IMG/VR virus record: IMGVR_UViG_3300031715_000002
Coordinates: 1-64,000 of that record
Source of the DNA: a virus
Strand: one strand, 5' to 3'
DNA: 64,000 nucleotides
A program made the translations under genes and the position numbers. Below are positions 1 through 9,772 of the stretch, in pieces (position 1 is the first letter of the stretch; every line of letters starts with the position of its first letter). The notes under the pieces were generated by a model. It was not told the DNA's origin and did not search any database. It saw only the letters and a list, made by a program, of their open reading frames with translations.

Positions 1-1
1 T

Positions 2-1015
2 CATCTCTTCCTCGTCCTTGTCATCCTCATCCGGTTCGTCATCGGCTCCCGGCTTGTCGGGCTTGTCGCTGCCGCTCTTCTTGAGTTTCGCCGCCTTCTC
101 CGCCTTGGCCAGCAGAACCAGTTTCTCACTGGGGCCAGCTTTGGCGAAGGCTTGCTGGTCAGCGGCTGACATCGTCACCACCAGTTTTTCTTCATCGCGC
201 TTGTTGCAGGCTTCCTTCATCATGCCCTTGCGCTTCTCTTCGTCCGCAGCCATGTACGCTTTCTTCTGGTCGTCCGTCATCGCCCCGAAGGCTTTGCGCT
301 CCTTCTTGGACATCTTCAGCACTAATCCGCTGATGGCTTTGGACACTGTGTTTTCGGCCAGCAGGGCTTCAGTGGCGGCTTTGAGCGTGGCAATGGTGCC
401 CTCCAGTTCGATTTGATTTTTCTCGATAGCTTCGAGAGTTGGCATGGTATCTCCTTTGTCTGACTTCAGAATTGGGGGCAATTCGTCATCGCCCTTGTCG
501 GGATTCGCAGCGCGCCAAGCCGCCCGAACGCGCGACTTAACGGATGCCAGTTTGTCTGATGGAATTTGAACCTTGTTTCCTCGGAACCCTTTACCGAGGG
601 CGGCCACAGCAGCGCCAACGATCTTTGCGTCTGGCTTGCCTCCTGGGGATGAAGTAAGTCTGAGTTTCCATGTCGATGGCTTGGTTTTATCCGGGGTGAA
701 TGCCCAATCCGAGGCAGGAAAACAAGACCCACCCTGAGTTTGGCAGACACCATCCTTGCAAACTCCTTCAGCGCCACCGCCGCCAACTGCCTTGCATATC
801 AGGTCGTTATCGTCCCATGCGTCGTCTGCCTTGCAGAGAGCACGTAACTCCTGCTCGTTCACGTCGGCACCTCCTGAATCTTTTGAATGTCGTTTCCATA
901 TAGCCACAACCGCGCGTTGGATCTTGCGCTGAGTTTTAGGATCTACTTCACTGCAGGCTGGAGCGTCAACTAGCGAGACCTCGTTCACCGCAAGAGAGCT
1001 AAGTTCATTCGGCAT
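2..1015 (-). CDS. Prohead protease C-terminal strand / capsid scaffold protein, runs off left edge (not in ORF track)
   Basis: Hand translation is open from ATG 1015: MPNELSSLAVNEVSLVDAPA... with an EVSLVDxPA motif, then a K/A/D-rich coiled coil. In-frame internal ATG at 445 preceded by AAAGGAG. Confidence 0.75.
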   Translation of the reverse strand, partial: MPNELSSLAVNEVSLVDAPACSEVDPKTQRKIQRAVVAIWKRHSKDSGGADVNEQELRALCKADDAWDDNDLICKAVGGGGAEGVCKDGVCQTQGGSCFPASDWAFTPDKTKPSTWKLRLTSSPGGKPDAKIVGAAVAALGKGFRGNKVQIPSDKLASVKSRVRAAWRAANPDKGDDELPPILKSDKGDTMPTLEAIEKNQIELEGTIATLKAATEALLAENTVSKAISGLVLKMSKKERKAFGAMTDDQKKAYMAADEEKRKGMMKEACNKRDEEKLVVTMSAADQQAFAKAGPSEKLVLLAKAEKAAKLKKSGSDKPDKPGADDEPDEDDKDEEEM

Positions 1016-1017
1016 AA

Positions 1018-1302
1018 CTAATCCCCTTGCAGCCCGCGATTCTCAATCAACCTTGCGAGCCTGCGCTCCGATGCGATTAAATCCTCTTTCATCACGGCAT
1101 TCTGCTGGATCTCTACAATGGATGCCCTGATATTGCTAACCTGCCGCTGAAGGTCGCTTTCGCGTTCTCTGGACTCTTTCACAAAATTCTCCACGTATCC
1201 TAACCTCTCAAAGAGTTCTTCCGCGTTGCGGATTGGAACGTTGCGCCTGAGTTTGCGCTTGTGCGTGACCAAAACACCATAAATGTGGGCATGGAGCGCC
1301 AA
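1018..1302 (-). CDS. Hypothetical coiled-coil protein (start uncertain)
   Basis: Co-oriented ORF filling the gap between neighbours. Confidence 0.4.
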   Translation of the reverse strand: MALHAHIYGVLVTHKRKLRRNVPIRNAEELFERLGYVENFVKESRERESDLQRQVSNIRASIVEIQQNAVMKEDLIASERRLARLIENRGLQGD

Positions 1303-1378
1303 CGGTTACGTAGGCACAGATAAGCGAGCAACACCAATTGGCAGCACAGGGATGTGATAATGAGAGGCATCTAGATCG

Positions 1379-1855
1379 TTACTTACCTTGTGGCATGCGA
1401 TCTTCTGAGGTCGCCATCCCCTTGACCACTTTGAAGAGATTGCTCAGACTGTGCACTTCTAGACGCTGAAATGGGGTGACATTGTAGACCCGCAGCATAT
1501 CGAGCCGATAACTCCCTGGTGGCACGTCAGGAACGATCAAGCCTTCAACCACTTGGTGACAACCTAACTCCAACTCCCTGACAACCATCCCTGGAAGCGG
1601 GTAAACTACTGAATCAATGAAGGAATAGTGCGTTTCTGCGCTAACATCACTGTATTTGCAATAACTCATCTTGTATTCCAGCGAACCGCCGATAGAGACT
1701 TCCTTTTCGACCACGTGGATTTGATCCGTCAGGATGAATGAGTTGCGGGGTCTACTCCACCAGACATACAGGCTCAATGGGATTAGCGCCAATGTGATGG
1801 CGACAACCGTAGCCAGCATCAACACATGGTTTGACGTTAAGTGGAATTCTTTCAC
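1379..1855 (-). CDS. Single-pass membrane protein with Cys-pair beta-rich domain
   Basis: N-terminal hydrophobic helix; GTGA overlap with upstream gene. Confidence 0.65.
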   Translation of the reverse strand: MKEFHLTSNHVLMLATVVAITLALIPLSLYVWWSRPRNSFILTDQIHVVEKEVSIGGSLEYKMSYCKYSDVSAETHYSFIDSVVYPLPGMVVRELELGCHQVVEGLIVPDVPPGSYRLDMLRVYNVTPFQRLEVHSLSNLFKVVKGMATSEDRMPQGK

Positions 1856-2187
1856 TTTTTGACATTCCAGATAAGGGCCAGAATGCTTCCCACCGCCGTA
1901 GTCAGAACAAGCCCGACCAATCCATAGACCACCCTTCTAACTGGATCAAAATCCGCTCTTGTGACGTATTGATCTTTAAGGCATTCCTCAATTGTCCCAA
2001 CCCGGCGTCGGATATCCCTGGATTCCGTTCGCACCTCCGTGAGCGGGTCCGTGCGCCAGCCGTGCGACTCATTATTCAGGTCATCGGCGAAACAGCATCC
2101 ACGAAATGGTAAGAACTCCCAAATGCTGATGCACATCGCGCATATTTGCACTGTAAGGTTCAGCAACAGCAGTTGTAGGAATGTCAT
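1852..2187 (-). CDS. Small membrane protein, XhlA/holin-accessory-like
   Basis: Coiled coil followed by C-terminal TM helix (VVYGLVGLVLTTAVGSILALIW). Confidence 0.55.
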   Translation of the reverse strand: MTFLQLLLLNLTVQICAMCISIWEFLPFRGCCFADDLNNESHGWRTDPLTEVRTESRDIRRRVGTIEECLKDQYVTRADFDPVRRVVYGLVGLVLTTAVGSILALIWNVKK

Positions 2188-2204
2188 GGGGACCCAGTTG
2201 TCTT

Positions 2205-5200
2205 TTACCCGGCGATTGCCGCGCGCTTGCCTTTGCCGCCAACGCTAAATGACCTCAATTCACCAGACGTAATGGATTGCCAGCAGGATTCGCTGGAAAT
2301 GCGAAAGCCAATCCACCAGCCACAGAATGGCATGAACATCGTGGCCGGGATGCCTTGGTCGTTGAGCGAGCGCGTCATCGCTTGCACTTTTTCGTCATCA
2401 AAGAAAACGCTCTCGACAAGTTCTCCTACTTGCTGCGGCTTGCCGTCGCCATCTGTCTCATGCATTTCTCCGGCGACGCGCGCATCCAAACAGTAAGAGT
2501 ATACAGCGGCCTCTAATGTTTTTGGGAGGATTACGTCTGCCTGAGTATCGACCACCGGCTTCCCATTTGCCGAGACAATCGAGGCCCACCCAAAAACAAG
2601 ATGCTGCGGCCTGTCGATCTTGATGATATTCCCGCTCAACTCAAATGCGCATTCCTCTTCTCGCTTGATGGTTGCGGTCTGCCCGCTCAGTGGAAATTCT
2701 TTCTTCTCGCCGCCAATCGACAGCGTGATTCTGTCGAACGTAACCGGGATATTCTCCGGCGTAGCCAGCAAGTGCGGCGCATGTGGCGCTAGGAACTTGA
2801 GCGTGATGTGTGGCGTGTAGCCGAAGTTCTCGCGCGGTTTGCCGCCGCCTTGCTTGATGGCATCCACGAGTTTCTGTCGGAATTGCTGAATGTCATCCGA
2901 ATGGAAACTGCGGTAGGCCACATCCTGCCCATCGGACTGTAGCGTTGCAGGGAATCGGCCGATGCCGCCGATGATGCCAGAGATCGGCGGTTCGTTGCTG
3001 GCGAACACGCGAATGGCATTCTCGATGACCGGCATGACGGTTGGGTCCGTCTCTTCTTGCTTGCCAAGATAGGCCAACGTTAGATGAATATCTTCCGGTG
3101 TCTCGCCACCCGGTACCGCTAGTGCTTTCTGCGTCTCCGCATCGGGCCAGAAGGCAATGAGCACACCATTGCCAGCCTTAGCGACTTCGTCGGGCCGTTT
3201 GCTGCGGTCGTCAATCAACTCGACCATGCCTGGGTCTTTCTCGTTCGTCACCGGCAGCACTTGTCCGATATGCGATTTACACCAGAACTCAATAGCGCGC
3301 TTAATTTTGCCGTCTGGGTCATCGGCCACGCGAGCGGTGAATATCTTGACTGCCTTGCCCTCTGCGAGTAGCCACTTGACGTAATCGACCATCTTGGGGA
3401 TGGGGTGCCCAATCCTGGTGCCATCGTAGGATTCAAGCGGAGCGGCGAGTGTACCATCGAGGTCCACAGAAATGCTCTGAGGCCATCGCCTTGCGTCTTC
3501 CTTCTTGACTATCTTCGCAGCCCACTTGCCGGCCGCTGTGCCGCCCCACGCGTCACGCGTTGAGGATGGCTCGGTAGCGCTGGCCCCATCTGCGAAGTGC
3601 TCCGCAATCTTACGTAGCGCCTCAACCGATAGCCCTCCGCCTTCTGCGAGCGGCGCAGTGATGTCGATGACAGCATTGCCTGAAGCATAAGCAGCGCGCG
3701 CCGCTTTTGCTATCTCTATAGGGGGCAGGTACTTCTTTACGTCAGGCTTGCCGGTCCAGGAGTCGCACACCTGATCGGCCTGTACGGGGTAGTGATCATA
3801 CATCTTGCAATTCCCCGCTGGATCGTAATAGCTACAGTTCGCGCACCGCTCCGTACCCGTAGTCTGGCGAAGATGTGGAGGGATTTGTGGTGCAGCCTTT
3901 TCGGTAGCCTGGAGTTCTTCATTTCCATCATCGGTATCGTCATCCGTCAGCGAGTGGAGAATCAGGTAGATGCCACCCTTGAACGGTTCGTCTTCTTCAA
4001 GGTCAATGTCTTTGATCTTGTCATCGTTCCAGCGTTTCATCGAAGCGTGGTCGCTGAAATCGTTCGGCGGGTCTTCGATATCCTTGGTATCCACATCGAA
4101 GTCGGCAGGGCAATCGTCATCGACCCAAGCATTGAGCAGAGCCTCAAAGCGTGAGTGATCCACCATGCCAATCTTTATGGTCGGGTCAGCCTGCCATCGC
4201 TCATACAGAGCCTTAGCCCATCCCAGTTGGCGCTTCTTGCTGGCGTTGAACGATTCGCCCGTTTGGCCGTCATTGCCTTTGCCTGGTGGCACTTCATCGG
4301 GATGCTTCACAAACCAGTTTATGAGATCTTGATTGTCGCCTCCCGATTTACCCTCAAATTCCCCGAGGTGCCATGGCTGAATTTCAGGGACTGGCTTGCC
4401 GCGGCGCATGGAGCGCGTAGCGTGGCGCGCAATGGCATCTGCCGTCTGAACAGAACGCCGTAGGGGGCTATTGTATAGGACATCTAGCCCCCCACGAGCG
4501 GCGATTCGTTGGCCTAATCGGTCGGCCAGCTTCTCGCCTTTGGCGTTTAGCGGGATGTTTGAGCTTCCTGAGATTCGTTTGGCGATGATTGCTTCGCCGC
4601 TGGCGTTACCTTGAGATCCTGACGGAACTCCCGCGCCATTCTTCTTCGCGCTCGCGCGATGTTTCTCTGCCTCTTCGTCATCTTCCTTTTCCGGTCTGTC
4701 GTCTGGACCTGCCGGCATTGGCAGGAAGTCAGCGCCGTTCTCTGGCGGGTCAACATCCTGCGTGCCTGGGTCGTCCTTATCCTCTGTCCGCTTCTTTTGA
4801 ATCGCCGCAATAATGGAGTCGTAATCGGACATGCCTAGTTCCGGCTTTTCCTCCATCAGTTCCACGAGCTTTTCAGTGAGCACATGGAGCGGTGCATCGG
4901 ACTTGATATCCTCGCGCGCCACTTCGAGCAACCGAAGGAATAGCGGCACATCCAGCGCTATCGTGTCGCCCTTGGCAGTAGGCACCAACAGTTGCCCCGC
5001 CTCTTTGGCCTTGCGCTTCTTTTCCTCTTCGTCTTCATCCTGTTCGTAACGCAATGCGCTGCCAATAGGCACGGGAGAGTGAACCATCCCAACAGTGGGT
5101 GATGCCTTTTGGACTTCCCACACGCCAAGGCCAGTCTCCACGTAGCCGGATTTCTCCAACTCCCGGTAGCCCTTGATGTAGGCGTGCATCTCAGAGCGGC

Positions 5201-5327
5201 CATCGGCTAACGCCTGATTCATCGCCATGCGAAAGATGGTCTGCGCATCCGCATCAGGCACGGCATCGCGAACCGATTCCGGAAGGTCCGAATTGCTGGA
5301 GAGGTGCATCACGCGGAGCGTTGCCAT
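2205..5327 (-). CDS. Multidomain XkdF-type prohead protease (ChaB-like, histidine-phosphatase-like, 4-Cys HiPIP-like, HAD, 2H phosphoesterase, XkdF)
   Basis: SNSDLPESVRD..AQTIFR (ChaB); SPLRRSVQTA and GESF; CxxC..C..C-W; DLDGT..FTAR..IDD; HLTL and HITL; VFGWA..D..MHE..WWIG..FSVGG. Confidence 0.85.
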   Translation of the reverse strand: MATLRVMHLSSNSDLPESVRDAVPDADAQTIFRMAMNQALADGRSEMHAYIKGYRELEKSGYVETGLGVWEVQKASPTVGMVHSPVPIGSALRYEQDEDEEEKKRKAKEAGQLLVPTAKGDTIALDVPLFLRLLEVAREDIKSDAPLHVLTEKLVELMEEKPELGMSDYDSIIAAIQKKRTEDKDDPGTQDVDPPENGADFLPMPAGPDDRPEKEDDEEAEKHRASAKKNGAGVPSGSQGNASGEAIIAKRISGSSNIPLNAKGEKLADRLGQRIAARGGLDVLYNSPLRRSVQTADAIARHATRSMRRGKPVPEIQPWHLGEFEGKSGGDNQDLINWFVKHPDEVPPGKGNDGQTGESFNASKKRQLGWAKALYERWQADPTIKIGMVDHSRFEALLNAWVDDDCPADFDVDTKDIEDPPNDFSDHASMKRWNDDKIKDIDLEEDEPFKGGIYLILHSLTDDDTDDGNEELQATEKAAPQIPPHLRQTTGTERCANCSYYDPAGNCKMYDHYPVQADQVCDSWTGKPDVKKYLPPIEIAKAARAAYASGNAVIDITAPLAEGGGLSVEALRKIAEHFADGASATEPSSTRDAWGGTAAGKWAAKIVKKEDARRWPQSISVDLDGTLAAPLESYDGTRIGHPIPKMVDYVKWLLAEGKAVKIFTARVADDPDGKIKRAIEFWCKSHIGQVLPVTNEKDPGMVELIDDRSKRPDEVAKAGNGVLIAFWPDAETQKALAVPGGETPEDIHLTLAYLGKQEETDPTVMPVIENAIRVFASNEPPISGIIGGIGRFPATLQSDGQDVAYRSFHSDDIQQFRQKLVDAIKQGGGKPRENFGYTPHITLKFLAPHAPHLLATPENIPVTFDRITLSIGGEKKEFPLSGQTATIKREEECAFELSGNIIKIDRPQHLVFGWASIVSANGKPVVDTQADVILPKTLEAAVYSYCLDARVAGEMHETDGDGKPQQVGELVESVFFDDEKVQAMTRSLNDQGIPATMFMPFCGWWIGFRISSESCWQSITSGELRSFSVGGKGKRAAIAG

Positions 5328-5497
5328 GTTATTTTGCGCGCCCTGATTTTGGCTGCGATATCATCGTCCGATTCACCTTGCTCCGCCATTTCTACGAGGC
5401 ACGCACATTCTTCTAACGTATCGTTCACGGCTCTGTCGATGGCGCACCGCACACTATCCACCATGCTTGCTGCGAATACTGCGCCTTGACTGGCCAT
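5309..5497 (-). CDS. Small hypothetical phage protein
   Basis: Co-oriented ORF with LEECA..IAAKIRAR. Confidence 0.45.
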   Translation of the reverse strand: MASQGAVFAASMVDSVRCAIDRAVNDTLEECACLVEMAEQGESDDDIAAKIRARKITWQRSA

Positions 5498-5742
5498 TCG
5501 TGGTTATCGCTTTGGAGGCGGAGAGTTCCAGAACATCAGGAAAACCACTATCATGGTGGCGGCAACTAAGATGGCGACAACAAGAGCGGGAGGCATTCAG
5601 TCGCTATCAATCACTGGAACTATTACCGTATCGCCCGGTTCGCCGTTGACTACAATCGTAACCGCCACGAACGATGTCGCGGGGACTTCCGTTTCCACGA
5701 GTTCAGTGAGGCAATCGAGCGCTATGGTGATTTGGTTTTGCA

Positions 5743-6729
5743 TCATGCTGCCCTTGGAAAGATCAATCCGTATCCGCAACGGCAGAGGGTGTGATATGGA
5801 GCGTACATGTCGCCGGTAGAGAACGGCTGGTCAAGCGGTATTGGACCTTCGGCTTCGATTCCCAAGCAGACGGGACACGTGGCATCGTCCCCTGAAGCGA
5901 TACTTTGCTTCAATGTGCCTATCGGGATAACATTGTTTCGCTTGGCCTGTTGATGCAGGGCAAATTGCCCAGTGTTAGCCGATCTTACTGTTTCGGTCCT
6001 CGCGATTGATTCAGCCCTGTACTTGAGATATCGATCATAGTAGCGCTGCACTTGCTGGTCAATCTGTTCCTGCGTCAGCGCTGTATCATTCCGCACCGCA
6101 GCCATCACCGTCCGGTCGAAGCGTTTATCGCGCAATTCCCGCTCTAGCGCATCGGCCATAGTATCCGGTGAAGAGAGCGCGCGGCGGTAATTCTCAACCG
6201 CTTGCTGCTGGCGCTGCGTCAAGCCGATGGAATCGCGGATTAATCGCGCCTGTTCGTAGGGATGCCCACCTTGCTCGAATGCATTCGTAATCACTTGACG
6301 GATGTTCTCTTTGGTGTCATCCGTGATCTGCTTAATGAGGTTGAACTGGTAGGATTGCAGGAACTTGACCGACTCCGGGTTCGTGATATCGAACGCCCAC
6401 CCGATGCCAATCTTTGCTGGAAGCGCCTCCTTCGCGGCCACGGCGCCCGCTGCAAAGGTTTCCCTGATGGCTGATTTGAACGACTGGATGCCGGTTTGCG
6501 TCTGCCCATTAAGCGCCGCAACAAAGTGCTGATCTACGGCCACAGCGGCAAGCGCTCCGTTGGCATCGCCGGTTGCAATGGCGTGCTCCAGTTCCGTAAG
6601 GGAGACTCTCTTTTTCAGGTAGGCCACGGCGGCAAGAAACGCATCCCGCAGCTTCGGCTCCATGCGCGAAGCCGCTTGCAAGATTGGATCTGTCTCGACT
6701 TGGGATTTACGGACGAAAGTTACGGGCAT
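5743..6729 (-). CDS. Phage minor head protein, MuF/SPP1 gp7 family
   Basis: RAESIARTE, TCPVC and PYHTLCRC motifs; directly downstream of portal. Confidence 0.9.
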   Translation of the reverse strand: MPVTFVRKSQVETDPILQAASRMEPKLRDAFLAAVAYLKKRVSLTELEHAIATGDANGALAAVAVDQHFVAALNGQTQTGIQSFKSAIRETFAAGAVAAKEALPAKIGIGWAFDITNPESVKFLQSYQFNLIKQITDDTKENIRQVITNAFEQGGHPYEQARLIRDSIGLTQRQQQAVENYRRALSSPDTMADALERELRDKRFDRTVMAAVRNDTALTQEQIDQQVQRYYDRYLKYRAESIARTETVRSANTGQFALHQQAKRNNVIPIGTLKQSIASGDDATCPVCLGIEAEGPIPLDQPFSTGDMYAPYHTLCRCGYGLIFPRAA

Positions 6730-6734
6730 GGATT

Positions 6735-8237
6735 CTACGCCACTTCCTGCAACCGCTCTGCTGCCTGTTCATCCGTCTCGCCTTGCACTGGAGCCGTCTT
6801 TCCCGCTGGCCTCTGAGGCGATTTAGGCCCTGTTGGCGGCTGGCCCTTACCTGAGGGCACGCCAGTCTGTTCAGGAGGCTCCTGAGCCACGGGAGACGGC
6901 GCGGCGGGGGCTTCCTTGGGTTCTTCTGGCAGCCTCGCAACCTTGCGCAAGTAGTTTGCCGTATCCGGGTCGAAGAACGACAGCCCAGACTGCGAGAGGC
7001 GCTGAATGTACGCCGAAAGCTCATCGAGGTCGCGTACCCCGATTTCGCCGGGTACCAGTTTCGGCGCAAGCGTTAGATCCATCTTGTTCAGCGCCATCAG
7101 GCGAGGGATGGCAATGCGGTTCATGACATCGGCCACCGAATCCATGAAGGCCCCGAGGGCAAGCGCAAAGATTTGAGTTGCGCTCATGTGGAGCGACCGG
7201 CTACCCGTGGGAGTCTGGCCAAACTGGATGAAGCCAGCCATCGCCGTATTGAGAATGTCTTGGTTATACCGATTGATGGTAGCTCCGGGGTCTGTCATCT
7301 TGCGGCCGGCGGCCTTGAGCAATTCCAGTTTGACCATGGGATTGCCCTTCTCGTCATAGGCGAGCGGCAAGAGAGCTCCCATCTGATCATCTACGCGAAT
7401 GTTAGTAATCATCTGCTTGGCGGCATCGACTCCGCCCATCGCGTTGATAACTTCCTGATTCGCGTAAAGTACCGGCAACCCGCACATGTCGCGCTCAATC
7501 CCGATGCCTTCCACTTCCTCGATCCTACGCTTGAAAAACCAGGGTCGGTAACAGTTGCGAAGGACCGAGCGACCCTCTGGATTATTCTTTATTGAAGTGG
7601 TGCGGAATAGCAGTAACTTTTCAATCGGAATCGGCACTGTGCGATAGTCCGGAGCTGCTAATTGGACTGCGCCCTGTAAGCCGCCCTCATCGTCCCATAT
7701 CCAGTACAGAATTGTTTCTTGGGCGCGCGGCGCGAGTTTGCGCCATCCGATAAGCCCGTCATCATACTTGCTGGCCTTACGGCCATCAGGACCGAGACGC
7801 CGCTTATAGACGGTTTCAAAGAGTCCATAGCCAAATGCAAACATGTTCACGCATTCTGCGATGAAGTCCGTCCACGTGTGGCTCATGTCGTTCATGTTGG
7901 ACTCTACGAATTCACCGTAATCGTCGCCCTTCGCTCCCTTCGATGGTTCAACACGCCATTCCGCCTTTCTGAGGATCATTTCCATCGCGTAGAACAGCGC
8001 CCCGATAATCGGATCATTGTCGCGCATTTCCCGGTAAACCAGTTTGGCTTGATATGTTGATAGGGAGCTCAGCCACTCTTCAAAAACATATCCGAGCAAC
8101 TTTGTTCTGGCGAGGCCAGATACGCCGATCTCCATCATCGGGTTTGGCTTTGGTAGGGTAACTCCAGCGCCAGGGATCGCTATAACCTCTCGCCGCGATG
8201 GTGTTATAGCCTTACGGATTGTCTCAAAGAATGACAT
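6735..8237 (-). CDS. Portal protein (DUF935/Mu gp29-like)
   Basis: 500 aa; YREMRDNDP, AFGYGLFETVY, NPEGRSVLR, GIERDMCGLPV; position next to MuF. Confidence 0.88.
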   Translation of the reverse strand: MSFFETIRKAITPSRREVIAIPGAGVTLPKPNPMMEIGVSGLARTKLLGYVFEEWLSSLSTYQAKLVYREMRDNDPIIGALFYAMEMILRKAEWRVEPSKGAKGDDYGEFVESNMNDMSHTWTDFIAECVNMFAFGYGLFETVYKRRLGPDGRKASKYDDGLIGWRKLAPRAQETILYWIWDDEGGLQGAVQLAAPDYRTVPIPIEKLLLFRTTSIKNNPEGRSVLRNCYRPWFFKRRIEEVEGIGIERDMCGLPVLYANQEVINAMGGVDAAKQMITNIRVDDQMGALLPLAYDEKGNPMVKLELLKAAGRKMTDPGATINRYNQDILNTAMAGFIQFGQTPTGSRSLHMSATQIFALALGAFMDSVADVMNRIAIPRLMALNKMDLTLAPKLVPGEIGVRDLDELSAYIQRLSQSGLSFFDPDTANYLRKVARLPEEPKEAPAAPSPVAQEPPEQTGVPSGKGQPPTGPKSPQRPAGKTAPVQGETDEQAAERLQEVA

Positions 8238-8285
8238 TGTTATAACTTGTGCGCGTCTACTTATTCAGTTTCTTCAGACGTGCCG

Positions 8286-8663
8286 TCATGCTTTCGGTTC
8301 GCCAGAAGTGGTTTCCGCGTGAGTCTCTGCGATGGTCGTTACCACTGTTGCTGGCGGATTCAGCGACTGCTGAGCCATCTGAACGGTAGTCGTTACGATC
8401 TTCATGTCTGGTATCGGCTTGGTGCGCAGAAAGTTTAGCATACTCAGCGTGCCGCTGATGGTGAACACGGCCAGCAATTCGATGAAAAACTTGGAGGTTC
8501 CGACAGCCAAATCCTTAGTCAACGTGGAGCCTACGAACGCCGCGCTAGCGCCAGTAGCTCCGCCGCTAACAAATGCGGAAACGAGTCCGCGTAGCCAGTC
8601 GGTGAAATCGAGGTTGCCAAAGCCTGCCGGAAGTGTCAGTTTCATGGGGGAATTGAGGAGCAT
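8286..8663 (-). CDS. Holin-like membrane protein (2 TM)
   Basis: Two hydrophobic segments; small size. Confidence 0.55.
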   Translation of the reverse strand: MLLNSPMKLTLPAGFGNLDFTDWLRGLVSAFVSGGATGASAAFVGSTLTKDLAVGTSKFFIELLAVFTISGTLSMLNFLRTKPIPDMKIVTTTVQMAQQSLNPPATVVTTIAETHAETTSGEPKA

Positions 8664-8699
8664 GGGCGAAGTCTGGGTGACTCCGCCCCGTGAGCACGG

Positions 8700-9317
8700 T
8701 TACGGTTCCGTCTCTACCATCTGCACGCCCGCGATACCGCCCGCTATCACGTCAATCGGCTCGCCGGTAGCCGTCAGGTTGATCGTTGGCAGCGTGGGAT
8801 CGGTAATCGTGACAGCAGCGGTAATCACGATGCCTGTGGCCAGTTGTGGCGGCGTGGATGGTGCGAAGGCAGCCACAAGCGGATTGATGGTGCTCGGCGT
8901 GACGACAACCGCAGGGCTGCTGGATGTCCACGTGGTCGCCACAGTTGAGGTCGTTGGTACCACTGCCGGAAGCCCGGCGGCGTCCACGAAGGAAAGGGTT
9001 GCGGTGCCGCTCCCGGAATCCGGGAGTTGCAGGTCGAGAGTTGTTGCCAGTGTGGTTTTGGCCATATTGATTTCTCCGTTAAGCGTCAAGGTAAGAATTG
9101 CGGCTGCGGGTGGTGGCGGGGTTAGTTGGACGATGATCTTTTCTGTGTTGGCGAGAACCTGATTCAAAGTCGCAAGAGCCTGCGATAAAAGCGTTAGGCT
9201 CTGAGCCAATTCGGCATTGGCGGTATGCTGCGATTGAGCTAAAGCCGCCTGCCCAGACAGCAGGGAGTTGAGCTTGTTGATTATCAGATCGACCATCCCC
9301 GCCAGCCACCCTAGCAT
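8700..9317 (-). CDS. Hypothetical protein: coiled coil + poly-Pro + Ig-like domain; internal start at 9065
   Basis: TWTSSSPAVVVT Ig-like strand; GGAG before ATG 9065. Confidence 0.6.
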   Translation of the reverse strand: MLGWLAGMVDLIINKLNSLLSGQAALAQSQHTANAELAQSLTLLSQALATLNQVLANTEKIIVQLTPPPPAAAILTLTLNGEINMAKTTLATTLDLQLPDSGSGTATLSFVDAAGLPAVVPTTSTVATTWTSSSPAVVVTPSTINPLVAAFAPSTPPQLATGIVITAAVTITDPTLPTINLTATGEPIDVIAGGIAGVQMVETEP

Positions 9318-9332
9318 GTTGGTTCCTCAAGT

Positions 9333-9671
9333 TTACGACGTTGCAGGCGCCGCTGGAGCCGGAGGCAATTTGGAAACGGCTGCCTCGATGGTGTTGAGGC
9401 CAGCCACTACATCGTCAATCACTGCGCTGAGCATGGCGGCGTCCAAGTGAGGCAACAGGGCCGTGATGATGTCGGTCGCGGCAGATTTCTTCGTGGCTCC
9501 TTGCCCTGTTCCAGTGGTTTGCTGCTCAATGGCTGCGATTGCTCCGATGACTGTCGCGGCAATCGGGCCGAATACGGGGATGGCGGAAATCAGGTTGTCA
9601 AAAGGGGCCACGTCTTTGGTTATGATGCCGAGGACGTGGCCGATAGACTTGATGACTGATAGAAAACTCAT
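9333..9671 (-). CDS. Amphipathic helical protein
   Basis: A/I/L-rich ORF with AGGA RBS. Confidence 0.65.
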   Translation of the reverse strand: MSFLSVIKSIGHVLGIITKDVAPFDNLISAIPVFGPIAATVIGAIAAIEQQTTGTGQGATKKSAATDIITALLPHLDAAMLSAVIDDVVAGLNTIEAAVSKLPPAPAAPATS

Positions 9672-9772
9672 GCGGTGAAATCCTATGACCCGTTACGAGA
9701 AGACAGCCGGCTGCCGCGCGGGCCACATGTGGGGCTTTGCGAACAGCCGGCCCTCCCCCGTAACGGAGAGAG

